Shown here piece by piece: positions 42,593-54,200 of a DNA stretch of 64,000 bases. The stretch is from a virus. A program made the translations under genes and the position numbers. The notes beneath the pieces are model-generated. The model was not told the origin of the DNA, did no database searches, and saw nothing but the letters and a program-made list of their open reading frames with translations. Every line of letters begins with the position of its first letter. Position 1 is the stretch's first letter. The stretch is taken from the IMG/VR virus record IMGVR_UViG_3300044971_002537, positions 64,001 to 128,000 of that record. One strand, written 5' to 3'.

Positions 42593-43364
42593 ATTCACAG
42601 TTGGGGAAAAAGATTATTTTATCAAGCTTACCCCACAAGCCGTTGCAGAAGGAAAAAAGGCCCATAATAGAGCCTTTAGGGAAGCTATTGATGATGGGGC
42701 ACTTCTTAAGAAGAGCCTCATGAACCATATGCGAGAACAGGGCGTATGGAATGACAGCAAAGAGGAAAACTATAAACAATTCATCAAAGAAATTGGTGAA
42801 CTTGAATATAAGTTGTCTTCTGGAAAAATGAAAGTTAGTGAGGGTAAAACTCTTGCAATTCAACTTTCTAAAAAGCGTGCAGAATTTAGATCTCTTATTT
42901 CTGAGCGTAATCAGATGGAGGCAAATTCTGTCGAGGCCCAAGCAGATAACGCTAGATTCAATGCCCTTTTGGCAAAATCTATCTTTGATTATGACACTCA
43001 GAAATTAGTCTATGATTCTGTAGAGTCTTATGTCGAAAAGGGCTCTGACGAGCTAGGCATTGCACTCGCAGAAAAGTTTGCGAATTTTATCTACGGTGTA
43101 GACGAGAAATATGAAGATTCATTGGTAGAAAACAAGTTTTTGAAGCGATTCAAGCTTGTCAATGAATCTGGCCATTTCATCGATAAAGCTGGTCGCCTAG
43201 TCGATATCGATGGGCGTCAAGTCGACGAAGATGGATATAGGCTCGACAAGGACGGAAAGAGGATTGACCTAAATGGTAATCCGATAGGACTAAATATAGA
43301 AGATGCCGAGTTTGAGGATGATTTTAACTGTGATCCTGCACCTACGGAACCTGTAGAAGCTTAG
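42582..43364 (+). CDS. Putative tail assembly chaperone
   Basis: Immediately upstream of the tape measure; DxDG repeats. Confidence 0.5.
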   Translation: MENRFTVGEKDYFIKLTPQAVAEGKKAHNRAFREAIDDGALLKKSLMNHMREQGVWNDSKEENYKQFIKEIGELEYKLSSGKMKVSEGKTLAIQLSKKRAEFRSLISERNQMEANSVEAQADNARFNALLAKSIFDYDTQKLVYDSVESYVEKGSDELGIALAEKFANFIYGVDEKYEDSLVENKFLKRFKLVNESGHFIDKAGRLVDIDGRQVDEDGYRLDKDGKRIDLNGNPIGLNIEDAEFEDDFNCDPAPTEPVEA

Positions 43365-43385
43365 TAACTTTTATGTGGAGTAGTC

Positions 43386-46300
43386 ATGGCCCTTTACGAC
43401 ATATCTGCTAGGTTAGTACTAGAAAATGTAGATAGCTCTTCTGTCGACAGGGCCATTTCTAATATAAACTCACGCCTAGAAAAAGGCACTAGGACAGCTA
43501 AAACCTTTTCTGAGACTATAACCCTTAAAGGAATAAATTTAGCTGCTTACACTGCACTCAGCGGGGTAATGGTTAGACTTGCTTCTTTTGTATCTAGTGC
43601 TACAAATGATGCTATTAAGTTTGATAAAGAATTAGCTAAATTAGCTCAAACAGTAGGAGTTAGTAATCAGGACATAAAACAACATTCTGAGTCTATTAGA
43701 AATATGTCTGTTGCTTATGGTCTATCCGCCCCAAAAATCGCAGAGACTATAAGAGTTCTGGCCCAAGCCGGTTATTCTCTAAGAGAAGCTAAAGCTGCTG
43801 CTGATGAATTAGCCAAAACAACATTGTTAGCCTCATTTGAGAGCATAGCAAACACTACAGAAGGTTTGATTGCTATCAACAAGCAGTTCACTGAGACTGT
43901 TGGGCAGTCTGCGAGAGTTCTTTCTTTACTGAATGTGGTTGCTAAGAAGTACGCTGTTGAATCTGATGACTTGGTCGATGCGGCCAAGCGGGCGGGCGGT
44001 GTTTTTGCGGCAACTGGTGGGTCTTTAGAAGAACTTGTGACTATTTACACAACAGTCAGAGATACTACCAGAGAAAGCTCTGAGACTATCGCGACGGGTC
44101 TTAGAACAATCTTCTCTCGTCTGCAGCGGCCTAAAACGATTGACTACCTACGCCAATTTGGCATAGAGCTTACAGACCTTAAAGGGAACTTCATTGGTAA
44201 CTATGAAGCCATTCTTGAAATTCAGAAGGGGATACAAAGAGCCAATATTCAGCCCGGATCTATCCAGTTCGCTGAAATAGTTGAACAGCTTGGTGGTGTT
44301 TTGCAGCAGTCGAGAGTCATTCCTCTTTTGACTCAAGGTGCCAAGATGCAGAGGATTTATGCAGATGCTCAGAATGCTGCCTCTGAGACTGCTGCCGACT
44401 TGGCCAAGGCTCAAGAGACATTAGCTTTTAAGATAACTCAAACTCAGCAGAACTTTTCAAAGCTGATTGGGGATATCATGGATACTGCCTCCTTTAAAGC
44501 TATGGTCTCTGTGGTTTTGTCTTTGACTAATGCATTCATCGGGTTCGCTGATTCTATCAAGGAGCTTATTCCACTTATAGCTACTTTGGGGGCAATTAAG
44601 TTAGCAAGATCAGCTTTTCAGGTGTTGCCGGGTTCTAGTTTTGGTAGTATGAGGACTCCTATCAAGAGAGCAAGAGGTGGGTTTGTTCCCGGTAGCGGGA
44701 GTGGGGACACTGTACCGGCTATGTTGGAGCCCGGCGAATTCGTTATCAGGAAGAGTGCGGCTCAGGCGATGGGGGCTGACGCTTTGCATGGGATCAATAA
44801 ATATGGCTTTGGGGGCACAGTAGAGAAATTAAGCGATTCTTATAAGAGCATTAAAACCCTTAAAGGCTTTAAAGATTCTTCAGGTAATATTAGTGCTCTA
44901 GCTAAAAGAAAAATGAATTATACGGCTAATTTTAAAAACGTAATACCAAATCAGAAAGATATTGAGCTATTCCATAAATTGAGTGGCCCGTATGGAAAAA
45001 GATTTGAGCAGGTTCTATCTAAGAGTAGAAGATTTAAAACTGGTCGGCCATCTACTAATCCATATGCATATGTAGATTTTCCATATTCTCCCGGAGGTGC
45101 TTCTGAAGCTAAATTCATGAAGGAGGGAACCACGTATAGTGATGATGATAATATAAAGGGGGCAACACATGCAGGTATTGCTGCGAAGGCCCTATTATTA
45201 TCTGCTTCTAATAACGCGAACAGAAGAATACGAGGAATGGAGATTAGGCAGAAGGATCTTAGTCCAAAATCTGTTACTACGTATGTAACCGATCCAGATT
45301 TATGGACGATGAAGCGGAAAAAGAAAGTGGGTATAAGAAGGGCTACTGGTGGTGGAATTTCTGGTACAGATACAGTGCCAGCACTGCTTACTCCCGGCGA
45401 GTTTGTCGTTAACAAGAAGTCCGCACAAGCATTTGGTTATGGAAATCTCCATAAGGTCAATAAATATGCTAAGGGAGGAACTGTTTCTGGTATACAGAGA
45501 TTTTTTGAAGGTGGCGTTGCTGAAAAAGATGTTGTTAGAGCGCAAGGAAATGTGATAAAAGACCTTGAGCATGCTAGTAGGGTCTTTACAGGTGTGCTAG
45601 AGTTGATGCCCGAAACTCTCCAAAACAGTATATTGAGCACATTCAAAGGCATTGAGAATGTTCAAGCTGGTGCATCGCCCCAACTTGGAAGCTCAAAAGC
45701 TTTTGGAGAAGGCACTCGGGGTAGAGCTACAGTTGGAGATAGTGCATCTTCTATAGGCTTACAGATTCAGGGAGCAAAAACAAGTGCTACTGAAGAGACT
45801 GTTGTGCATGAGGCTACGCACCTAGGTGATGCAGCACTTGGAGCAGCTAGGGCCAACAAGGAGGGCTATGCAGGACCCAAATTAGCTAGTCAGCAAGAAG
45901 GAACATTTCAATTTGATGTGGTGGAAAAGGTAAAGCCAATAATGCAGGCCGCTATGGAAGCTGCTGGACATTCTGCTGAAAATATTGAAAAATACTTAGC
46001 CAAAAATGAAGAACTATTTGCTGAATTTGCTGCGAAGGCCACTCCAGAAGTAAGAAAAATTTTATTTAGCACTACAGATGCCGCCATCGGTATGGCCGAG
46101 TTAAGAAGCCACCTAGAAAAAGCTGGAAGCACTTATGCTGGTCTTGAGGCTTCAGATATAGATCTAAGGCCATATAAATCGCAAGAAGTAAGACAAGATG
46201 AAAATTTAGCTATTACAGCATTAAATTCCCCTGTTAATAAAACTTCATCTGTCAGCAGCAGACCTTTGGCTAAAGAATTTGGACCTGAGATAGGACGGCT

Positions 46301-49300
46301 TGGTAAATCTGTTTCAGAGGAACAGACTAAGCTAAAGGCTATACAGGAACAAAAGGCACAAGTTTCAACTAGGCCGGGAGAATCTTCCAAGGAATTAGGT
46401 AAGCTTAATGAGGCAGAAGCAAAATCAATTGAGACAATTGATAAACTTAATAAAGAAAGAGATGCATTACGTTCTGTAATCATTGAAGAGAAAAATAATC
46501 TAACTAAGGGACTAAAGTCCGGAACAGCTTCTACTTTTAGGGAATCTGTTCCATTAGCACCTGCTGTTAATAAGCCAGTCGTGCCCCCTAATCCAGCTAT
46601 GGCTGCGTTTGCTAAAATGGCTCAGTCCGGTCCGAATGGCCCTAACGGTCCGAATGGCCCAAATGGCCCGAAAGATAATAGTACAGTTGAAAAAGAAATA
46701 GAAGAAAGGGGTAAGAATTTAACTGGAACATTCTCTACATTGGCTTTGGTTGTATCTGGAGTCGCTTCTCAATATGTAGATCAAGAAACAGCAACTGGTA
46801 GAGCAATTGGAGGAATATTAGATTTTGTGTCTGTTCTTTCTGCTGCTCAGCTTACTTTGTCTCAATTCGGCATAGATCTTGACCCAAAAAAGATTTTTGA
46901 TATTGGAAAAGACCTATTTACCGGAAAAGGTGCTAAATTAGCTGAACAAGTAACTGGTGGGGCGAGACAAGTTGGGAAAAGCGTGTTTGGAGCTGGTAAA
47001 TATGTACAGGGGATTGGTGGCAAACTTGGCCAAGGGGTAGTTGGAAAGGCCGTCACTGGATTAGGATCACAACTTCAAACAGTAGGTGTTGGAGTTGGAT
47101 CTAAAACTGCTTCTGCTGCTATTGGTACTAAGGTTGCATCTGCCGCTACTGCAGCAGCTCCATTTGTAATCGCAGGAGCATCTGTTCTAGCATTCGGGAA
47201 AGGCTTAGATTATCTACTTGGCAGAGAGCAAGAGGCTGCTAAAGCTATTGAAGAAGGCAATATAGCAAAAGCTGGAGAGACGGCAGTATCTGTTCAGGCT
47301 CAAAATGATCTTACGGCTCTGGCTACTGGGGCCGCAGTAGTGGCGACAGCATTTGGAGGCCCGTTAGTGGGTGCTGCTGTTGGCGTAGCTGTAAAACTTG
47401 CTGGGTTTATACCGGGTGTAGAATATGCTATTGGGGGCCTTAGAAATTTAGGAGCTGAGCTTGGACTACTAGAATCAACGACATCTATAGCTGCTAAGGC
47501 TCAATTTGAAGCTGCAAAAAAGAACGCCGAGAAAACAAGAGAAAAGGGACAAGAGCGACTTACAAAGCTTTCCTCAAAAGTAAAAGACAAAGAATCGGCA
47601 GATAAGGTTTTAAATAGTTCTGAGACTAAAGCAAATGTAGCTGCCGCTATCAAGGTTGCAAATGAAGCAAAAGCAGTAATTGCAGAAAACGATAAAGCGA
47701 ATGTAAAAGATGCTTCAAATCTATCATATATAAAATCGTCTTCTAGAGCGGCCAGTGGTGCCGGTGGGCCGCTTGCTGGAAGTCTTGTAAAATTTTTAGG
47801 TAGCTTTGTTGCTTCAGAAGAAGAGACTAAAGCGAGAGATGAAGATAGTACAAAAAGGAAACAGGAAAGCCAAGCTGAGGCTAAAAAAAGTTTAGAACTT
47901 ATTATGCCCGCTATTGATTTCAAGATGGGTGAATCTGCTGATGCTGGTAAGGGTTGGACAGAATTTTTAGATAGCTTAGGAGAAAATAAAGCACTTGTTT
48001 TAGCTTCTGGAGAAGCTACTAATTTACAAGAAAAATTTGATGAGTTAGCAATTGCTGCAAAAACCGAAGCCGCTATAAGGGCTGTACTAAATGCACAGAT
48101 GCAAAAACAACTTATTACTACTACCGGGATTGCTGAAGCTAATAAAAAAGCAATTGCCGCATCTGAACTTGGAAACGTAGTCTCTGGTTTAGCTTCTGAT
48201 AGCTTTAGGGGCTCTTCTCTTTCTTCAGCCGCTTCTAGTGAAGACATAGATAAGCAATCTAGGGCTGCTGAGGCACTAGGAATAAAGGGCTATAAAGAAA
48301 ATGTTTCTGCGGTCACAAAAGGCAAGTCAGAGATGACTAAGCTAGAAACCGCTTTTGCTACTGCAACTCCCGAGAAAAGACAGGCAGCTCAAGACGCTAT
48401 AACAGCTAAAAAGAAAGAAATAATTAATGCGACTGGTGGAGATGCTACTGGACTAGAAGGTGAAGCTCTTGATAAGGCCTATGAATCTACCATTGAAGGT
48501 TCAGATAAGCTTAAAAACAGTCTAATAGAAGCCGCTAAGAACACAGAAACTGCAATTAATTCATACATAGATAGTGTATCGCGAGCTTCTCAAGCTCAGA
48601 CAGCATACAATGAGGCAGTATTTAATAATGCTCAAGCTGCTCAGAATAGACAGAAAGATTTACAATCATTCAAGGTTGGTGGATCTACTATATCTGAAAT
48701 TAGAGATAGAAAATCGGCTATAAGCACTAATGACGCTAGGGCGAATGCTTCTAGATTAAATTTTGTAGGAACATCAAGCAGGCTTGCTTCTACAGGAATT
48801 AAAATAGCACAAACGCAAGCTCAAGGAAATATAGTCAGTCCAGAGCTTGCTAACACGTTTGCTGCCCTACAAATAAAAGCTAAGGAACAGGCAGATGCTA
48901 TAGGGCTAGAAACTAAAAATAGGCAAGCTCTTATAGAGGCAATAAAAGAAGAGATGGAGATTGAAAAGAATCGCGGTCAAACATTTGAGGATTTGAATCT
49001 TGCTCTCAGCGGAGGACTTGGAAAGCAAGCGAAGAAGGAGGCAGAAAAACAGGTTAAGGCAATCAGCAGGGTTGAAGAAATTAGAAAGACCCAAGGAGAC
49101 GAAGCTGCAAATGCCCAACTCGGTAAAGAAATAGACCGGGGTACTCTAAATAGACAGATGTACACTAGCGTAATCCAAACAGAAGAAAGCCAAAGATTTA
49201 ATCAGAGTGCTTCTATGATGGGAGCTAATCGTTTTGAGAGTATAGCTGGTCCCGGAGCGATTACACAAGACTCAAGATCTATAGCTACTGGAAGAATGAC

Positions 49301-49658
49301 AGAAAGACAAAAGCAGCTCCAAGGAGAAGCCACATCTCAAACTTCTCAAATAGATAAAAATGAGAAGGCCCTTTTACAGGGGCAAGACGCCAGTCTCCAG
49401 TTATTAAAAGCGTCTGCTGATATATTTGGGAATTCTATAAAAGACATGAATACTGGATTAACTGGATTTAATAATGAGCTGAAAAATATTGTAACCTCTC
49501 TACAGAGTGGCTCTATAAGTATGAAATTAGATACCACTAATGTGGTAGTAGATATTAGCTCTCCTGAAGGACTAGAGGCATTGTCAAAGCAGATGAGGCA
49601 AGAAATGAAGACATTGATAGCTGATCAACTATTAGCGCAGAAAACAGGAAGAGTATAA
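43386..49658 (+). CDS. Tail tape measure protein with inserted domains
   Basis: 2090 aa, Ala-rich helical; TP901-type N-terminus (LAQAG, IATGLRTIFSRL); two GxDTVPAxLxPGEFV motifs. Confidence 0.9.
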   Translation: MALYDISARLVLENVDSSSVDRAISNINSRLEKGTRTAKTFSETITLKGINLAAYTALSGVMVRLASFVSSATNDAIKFDKELAKLAQTVGVSNQDIKQHSESIRNMSVAYGLSAPKIAETIRVLAQAGYSLREAKAAADELAKTTLLASFESIANTTEGLIAINKQFTETVGQSARVLSLLNVVAKKYAVESDDLVDAAKRAGGVFAATGGSLEELVTIYTTVRDTTRESSETIATGLRTIFSRLQRPKTIDYLRQFGIELTDLKGNFIGNYEAILEIQKGIQRANIQPGSIQFAEIVEQLGGVLQQSRVIPLLTQGAKMQRIYADAQNAASETAADLAKAQETLAFKITQTQQNFSKLIGDIMDTASFKAMVSVVLSLTNAFIGFADSIKELIPLIATLGAIKLARSAFQVLPGSSFGSMRTPIKRARGGFVPGSGSGDTVPAMLEPGEFVIRKSAAQAMGADALHGINKYGFGGTVEKLSDSYKSIKTLKGFKDSSGNISALAKRKMNYTANFKNVIPNQKDIELFHKLSGPYGKRFEQVLSKSRRFKTGRPSTNPYAYVDFPYSPGGASEAKFMKEGTTYSDDDNIKGATHAGIAAKALLLSASNNANRRIRGMEIRQKDLSPKSVTTYVTDPDLWTMKRKKKVGIRRATGGGISGTDTVPALLTPGEFVVNKKSAQAFGYGNLHKVNKYAKGGTVSGIQRFFEGGVAEKDVVRAQGNVIKDLEHASRVFTGVLELMPETLQNSILSTFKGIENVQAGASPQLGSSKAFGEGTRGRATVGDSASSIGLQIQGAKTSATEETVVHEATHLGDAALGAARANKEGYAGPKLASQQEGTFQFDVVEKVKPIMQAAMEAAGHSAENIEKYLAKNEELFAEFAAKATPEVRKILFSTTDAAIGMAELRSHLEKAGSTYAGLEASDIDLRPYKSQEVRQDENLAITALNSPVNKTSSVSSRPLAKEFGPEIGRLGKSVSEEQTKLKAIQEQKAQVSTRPGESSKELGKLNEAEAKSIETIDKLNKERDALRSVIIEEKNNLTKGLKSGTASTFRESVPLAPAVNKPVVPPNPAMAAFAKMAQSGPNGPNGPNGPNGPKDNSTVEKEIEERGKNLTGTFSTLALVVSGVASQYVDQETATGRAIGGILDFVSVLSAAQLTLSQFGIDLDPKKIFDIGKDLFTGKGAKLAEQVTGGARQVGKSVFGAGKYVQGIGGKLGQGVVGKAVTGLGSQLQTVGVGVGSKTASAAIGTKVASAATAAAPFVIAGASVLAFGKGLDYLLGREQEAAKAIEEGNIAKAGETAVSVQAQNDLTALATGAAVVATAFGGPLVGAAVGVAVKLAGFIPGVEYAIGGLRNLGAELGLLESTTSIAAKAQFEAAKKNAEKTREKGQERLTKLSSKVKDKESADKVLNSSETKANVAAAIKVANEAKAVIAENDKANVKDASNLSYIKSSSRAASGAGGPLAGSLVKFLGSFVASEEETKARDEDSTKRKQESQAEAKKSLELIMPAIDFKMGESADAGKGWTEFLDSLGENKALVLASGEATNLQEKFDELAIAAKTEAAIRAVLNAQMQKQLITTTGIAEANKKAIAASELGNVVSGLASDSFRGSSLSSAASSEDIDKQSRAAEALGIKGYKENVSAVTKGKSEMTKLETAFATATPEKRQAAQDAITAKKKEIINATGGDATGLEGEALDKAYESTIEGSDKLKNSLIEAAKNTETAINSYIDSVSRASQAQTAYNEAVFNNAQAAQNRQKDLQSFKVGGSTISEIRDRKSAISTNDARANASRLNFVGTSSRLASTGIKIAQTQAQGNIVSPELANTFAALQIKAKEQADAIGLETKNRQALIEAIKEEMEIEKNRGQTFEDLNLALSGGLGKQAKKEAEKQVKAISRVEEIRKTQGDEAANAQLGKEIDRGTLNRQMYTSVIQTEESQRFNQSASMMGANRFESIAGPGAITQDSRSIATGRMTERQKQLQGEATSQTSQIDKNEKALLQGQDASLQLLKASADIFGNSIKDMNTGLTGFNNELKNIVTSLQSGSISMKLDTTNVVVDISSPEGLEALSKQMRQEMKTLIADQLLAQKTGRV

Positions 49659-51271
49659 TGCCAGTCATAGTAAACAATAAAAAAATTCTACCTGCCCCAC
49701 TCGTTACATTTGAGAAGAATATAGAACTTTCAGATGACGGTATGCTCTTGGGGTCTTCATACAGTGTCAATTTTGACGGCACAATTTTGCAGAATAAAGG
49801 CAATCCAGTCGCTGTTACTGGAACAAACTTTAGCTCTAGTTTTTCGTCAGATCCTTGGACATCTACTCAAGACCCAAGCGATGACCCAACTCATGGAGTT
49901 TCAGAGTCAGACCTGTTAATATCTACAATCACAAAGATAGAAAGACTTAGAGAAGCTCTTACCCCAGCGACAGGCATAAAAGTAGAAATTGTAGGATTTT
50001 CTAATGACAAAGGCCTAAAGTTTTATGGGGACCTAAAAAATTTCACAGTAAATAATGACAAGAATTGGTCTAATCCAACTAGCTATAGTTTTAGTGTAGG
50101 CTTCAATAATTTTATTGAACCCGCTAATAGCGGCCTATTCCCCAATGGTAGTTCTGAAGATAATTTTTCTTATTATGTTCAGTCAGCTTCAGATAGGTGG
50201 TCAATACAGGAATCTGATCAGGTAGTAGTAAATACTGGCAATTTTACTCAAATATCTAAAGTCTATAATGTAACTAGGAATCTTGAGGCCAAAGGCAAAA
50301 AGGTATATAATCAGAGTGGAGTAGTTTTATTACAACCATGGCAGCAAGCGAGTGGATATGTAATATCTGTTCTTGATACTTCGGCTTCATCTTTACCAGA
50401 TAGTATTCTTGGAGTGACTTCTGGGTACTCTCTAACTGGAAGAAAGATAGTAGAGAATGTAGATAAATTAGGAGGAAGCTATTCCATAGAAGAGTCTTTC
50501 ATATATTTACCATCTGGCTTAATGCCATCTGGACAGTATGCCATAGAAGAGACATCTTTATCAATTGAAAAAAGCGAATCATCAATTACTACAGTAAATT
50601 TACAAGGCACAATTGCAGGAATAGAAACTAATAATCCGTATACCGTATCTGGTACTGGGGTATCTAAATATACTAATGCCATTAACTATTATAATAGCGT
50701 CAAGGCTAGTTTCTATAATAGAGCCAGATTAAATTCTGGGCTAAATTGGCTTCATCCAAAAGTCAAGAGCTTTACAGAGGGCAGAAACCCATACACTGGT
50801 CAAGTAACTTACTCCTATAATTATGACGATAGACCGCCAAATTTAGTGCCGGGGAGTATTAGTGAAGACATATCTGTAAATGATACTTATCCGGGCCAAT
50901 TATTTTCGGCAACACCAGTAATAGGCAGAAATCAGCCCATCTTACAATATCTTGGATCAAGAAGCGAATATAGAAGATCGTTATCTATTAGCGTTCTTAT
51001 GGAAAGAGATTGGCAAAATTGGTCTTCTAGTGATGTTGATGCTTATGGTAGATGGACTACTGCTGATGTTGCTGGAGTTAGGTCTTGGTTTTCTCAAAAG
51101 CCTAGTATAACACAAACATCTTATTTTCAAGGCATATTTGATGCAATCAATCCGGCTAATGAGGTAGGGGTAGTTGCTTCTAAATGTTTTTATTCTGCTC
51201 CACAAGAATCTTGGAATCCTAAAACAGGAAACTATTCATATAATATTGAATGGACTTACGAAAGATCATAG
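49658..51271 (+). CDS. Tail-tip/distal tail protein
   Basis: Coupled to the tape measure; beta-rich. Confidence 0.6.
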   Translation: MPVIVNNKKILPAPLVTFEKNIELSDDGMLLGSSYSVNFDGTILQNKGNPVAVTGTNFSSSFSSDPWTSTQDPSDDPTHGVSESDLLISTITKIERLREALTPATGIKVEIVGFSNDKGLKFYGDLKNFTVNNDKNWSNPTSYSFSVGFNNFIEPANSGLFPNGSSEDNFSYYVQSASDRWSIQESDQVVVNTGNFTQISKVYNVTRNLEAKGKKVYNQSGVVLLQPWQQASGYVISVLDTSASSLPDSILGVTSGYSLTGRKIVENVDKLGGSYSIEESFIYLPSGLMPSGQYAIEETSLSIEKSESSITTVNLQGTIAGIETNNPYTVSGTGVSKYTNAINYYNSVKASFYNRARLNSGLNWLHPKVKSFTEGRNPYTGQVTYSYNYDDRPPNLVPGSISEDISVNDTYPGQLFSATPVIGRNQPILQYLGSRSEYRRSLSISVLMERDWQNWSSSDVDAYGRWTTADVAGVRSWFSQKPSITQTSYFQGIFDAINPANEVGVVASKCFYSAPQESWNPKTGNYSYNIEWTYERS

Positions 51272-51280
51272 GAAAGACGT

Positions 51281-54200
51281 ATGGAAAATATTTTACCATT
51301 TGGTTCTGGAATTGAATCTAGTATCCCAGTTCAAAAATTTATGGGATGTACTGTAGCTAGCTTCAATTGTTCGGCAGATTTCTCGTCTCAACCCGGATCA
51401 TGCTCTATAGATCTAATAGTTGACGATACAGATGGCGATGTATTCTCTCCCGGAGTAATTGGATCTCCATATTTTTTTAAGATCGTAGATTATAATTCTG
51501 CGACTATATTTGGATTCAATGGAATTCTTGAGTCTGTCACTAGAGATTCAAGTCCAGAGGGCAAATTTTACAGAGTGGAGCTACTAAGCCCGCTTAAGAT
51601 ATTGGAAGCAGTTACGCTAATTATTGATGGGTACACAGGATATGGGTCTGCTCTAGAAGGGCTTCCTAGATACTTCTCTGATGACGGATATTATCAGATT
51701 GAAGACTCAGATAAACAACCGGGATATATTCCAGATGGAGTTAGTATGACTCCAACAGTAAGCTATTTTGAAACTGCTCAATTCTCATTCGCAACCAATA
51801 ACGCTAATCTGTCTTTTACTGGAATGTGGAATAGGTTATATAATCTAATAAATGTTTTTGCTGCATATGAAAACGAGTGGGTAGATTCAAATGGTAATTC
51901 TCTTGCGATAGTGCCTTTTGCTGGATTTGGAGCTTCAAGTGTAACTTCTGGAATGAGGGTAGACAAAATAGCTTATGCTATTGATGAGATAGTTAATAGG
52001 ACCGAATCTTCCTCGCCAAGAAGATATATAGGTGGTAATTTAATGTATGGAGCCAACACATACAATATATGTGGTACGGCCAATGGATACGTTCCCCCAT
52101 ATCCATTTTACTATGGATTTGATATCATAGGATTTACTTCTCAGGCATTGAATTATCTTCCTGAAGATTTTGTAATTCCCGGTCCATCTATTTCAATTGC
52201 TGAATTTATTTCCATAATATGCGATACCATAAGTGCTGATTTCATAGTAGAACTAAATGATTATAGCTATAAGGATGGTGCATTTGCAGCATCTATGAGT
52301 CAGACGTATCCAAATTCAGTTTTCGGTGGTATAATTTCCATTCTGCTTATTCCAAGAAGTCAATATGTAACATGCAATAAGCCATTTAGTCAATTCACTT
52401 ATGACTTATTGAATCTTGAAAAACCAGACACTGGAGACTATGGAACTCTTGGCAGCATAAATCCCGGTATAGCTCCGCAAAATGATGGGAGATTTATAAA
52501 TCCATTAGATCTAGATTATAGTAGAAGAGGAGCAGAAGGATCTTCTCCATATGGAGGGAGTTTTCCAGTAACTCCAACCCCATATCAAATACTTAATAAT
52601 ATAACAAATAGGCCAATAAATTTAAGCCTATCACTAAAGTCAACCAATCCAACTGTGGGCAAAATGGTTGTTGGTGGATTTCAGACTAGAATGAATGTTG
52701 TACCAAGAGATTTCATATATCAATATTGGGGAGAAATAACTCTAGTTACATCGTCTGGTGATGCGTGCGGTATAACCTCAAGCTCACAAAAATCAATCCC
52801 AATAATAACTCAGACACTCCCCCCCAATGACATATGGGATTGGGTGGCTATAGATATGCAGCATATTTTTTCCAGCAAAACTATTACAGGTGTCTGCTAT
52901 GATGGTATTTATTTTGCCAGTATGTTAGAGATAAGAGCTGCTATGTGCTCCTATGAATCTTGGGAAGAGTTCATGTCTTCCATAAAGCCTCATAAGTGGA
53001 TGGTATTGAGTGGTGGTGGACTTAATCAAATTAACAATGAGACTTTTAAATCCGCCGTCGCGACTGTTGCTAAATATATGGCGTTTAGAGGCTTGAGAAG
53101 TGCTAATACTTCTCAGGTGGATTTTTCATTTCCAGAAGATGACGATACGATAAAAAAGATCTGGGAAAAAGTGAAAGACATTGGGGACACGCACTATGGA
53201 AAAAGTTGGGTAGCTCCAATTCCTGTCTTTAAGACAAAATTGACCCAAGACAATCAGAGCTTAGTTGGTAACTTTGTCAGGTCTTGGGACGTAAGCTCTT
53301 CTGCATATGTAGAACCATATGCTTTTGACGAAATAGAGGCTCCAAAAGACTCAAAGTTTATAGAAGATGGTAAACTGAAACCATTTGCTAGTTTTGAGCA
53401 TTCTTTTACTGCTGGTGGAAGCGATGATCTTGTTTATGGATTATTAACTGGAGACATATCCGGATTCGCGTCTGGTGTAAAGTATAAATTTGACTTTTCT
53501 GAACATGGCGATAATACAGTTTTTGATCTTGATCCATCTGCATCTGGAGCATGCGCAAAAGTAGGAATGGCGTATACCTCGCCTGAGATATCTGAAAAAT
53601 ATCTATTTATTCCATCTCAATATTTCAGCTATTACAACAGGGGGCATTGTCCGTTTTTTGAAGCCGAAAGTAATGGGTTAGGATCTGCTGTTGAAGGAAA
53701 TCTTGGAAGCTATTATATGTATACATATAATTTTTCAGGAAAAACTGTCAGCAGGCAAGATGAAAGTTTATTACCTAATAATGTTATGAGTAATGCAGGA
53801 GCAAAAGATTTTGCTTCAGCGAATAATACACAATCAGCTATTTCTATAGAAAAGGCTAATCAATCTCAGTATAGTTATACGACCGTATATACACCGCCAT
53901 CTGGAATATTCAGCCATAATGTGCATTCTTCTGGATATTATACTCAAGTACTGCAAAGTTTTGATCAAAATAATAAAGTAGTATATTTAAATCTTGTAGA
54001 ACCAGCAGATATTAATTATACTGCGCATTTTTCTTTTCATTATTCAGGGACTGCCCTAAAAGATATTTTGTATGGAATTAAAAATAACCCAGCTAATGAC
54101 ACTGGCTCTGGATTACCTTTTATAAAATTTACGACTGAACCAGTATATTATCCGTCTAGTTTTCAGCATTCTGGAGTTAATCCACTATCTGGACAATATG

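Noticed and set aside
41398-43364. Programmed frameshift in tail assembly chaperones
   Set aside because: No convincing slippery site linking the ORFs, and the downstream ORFs have their own RBS and start.
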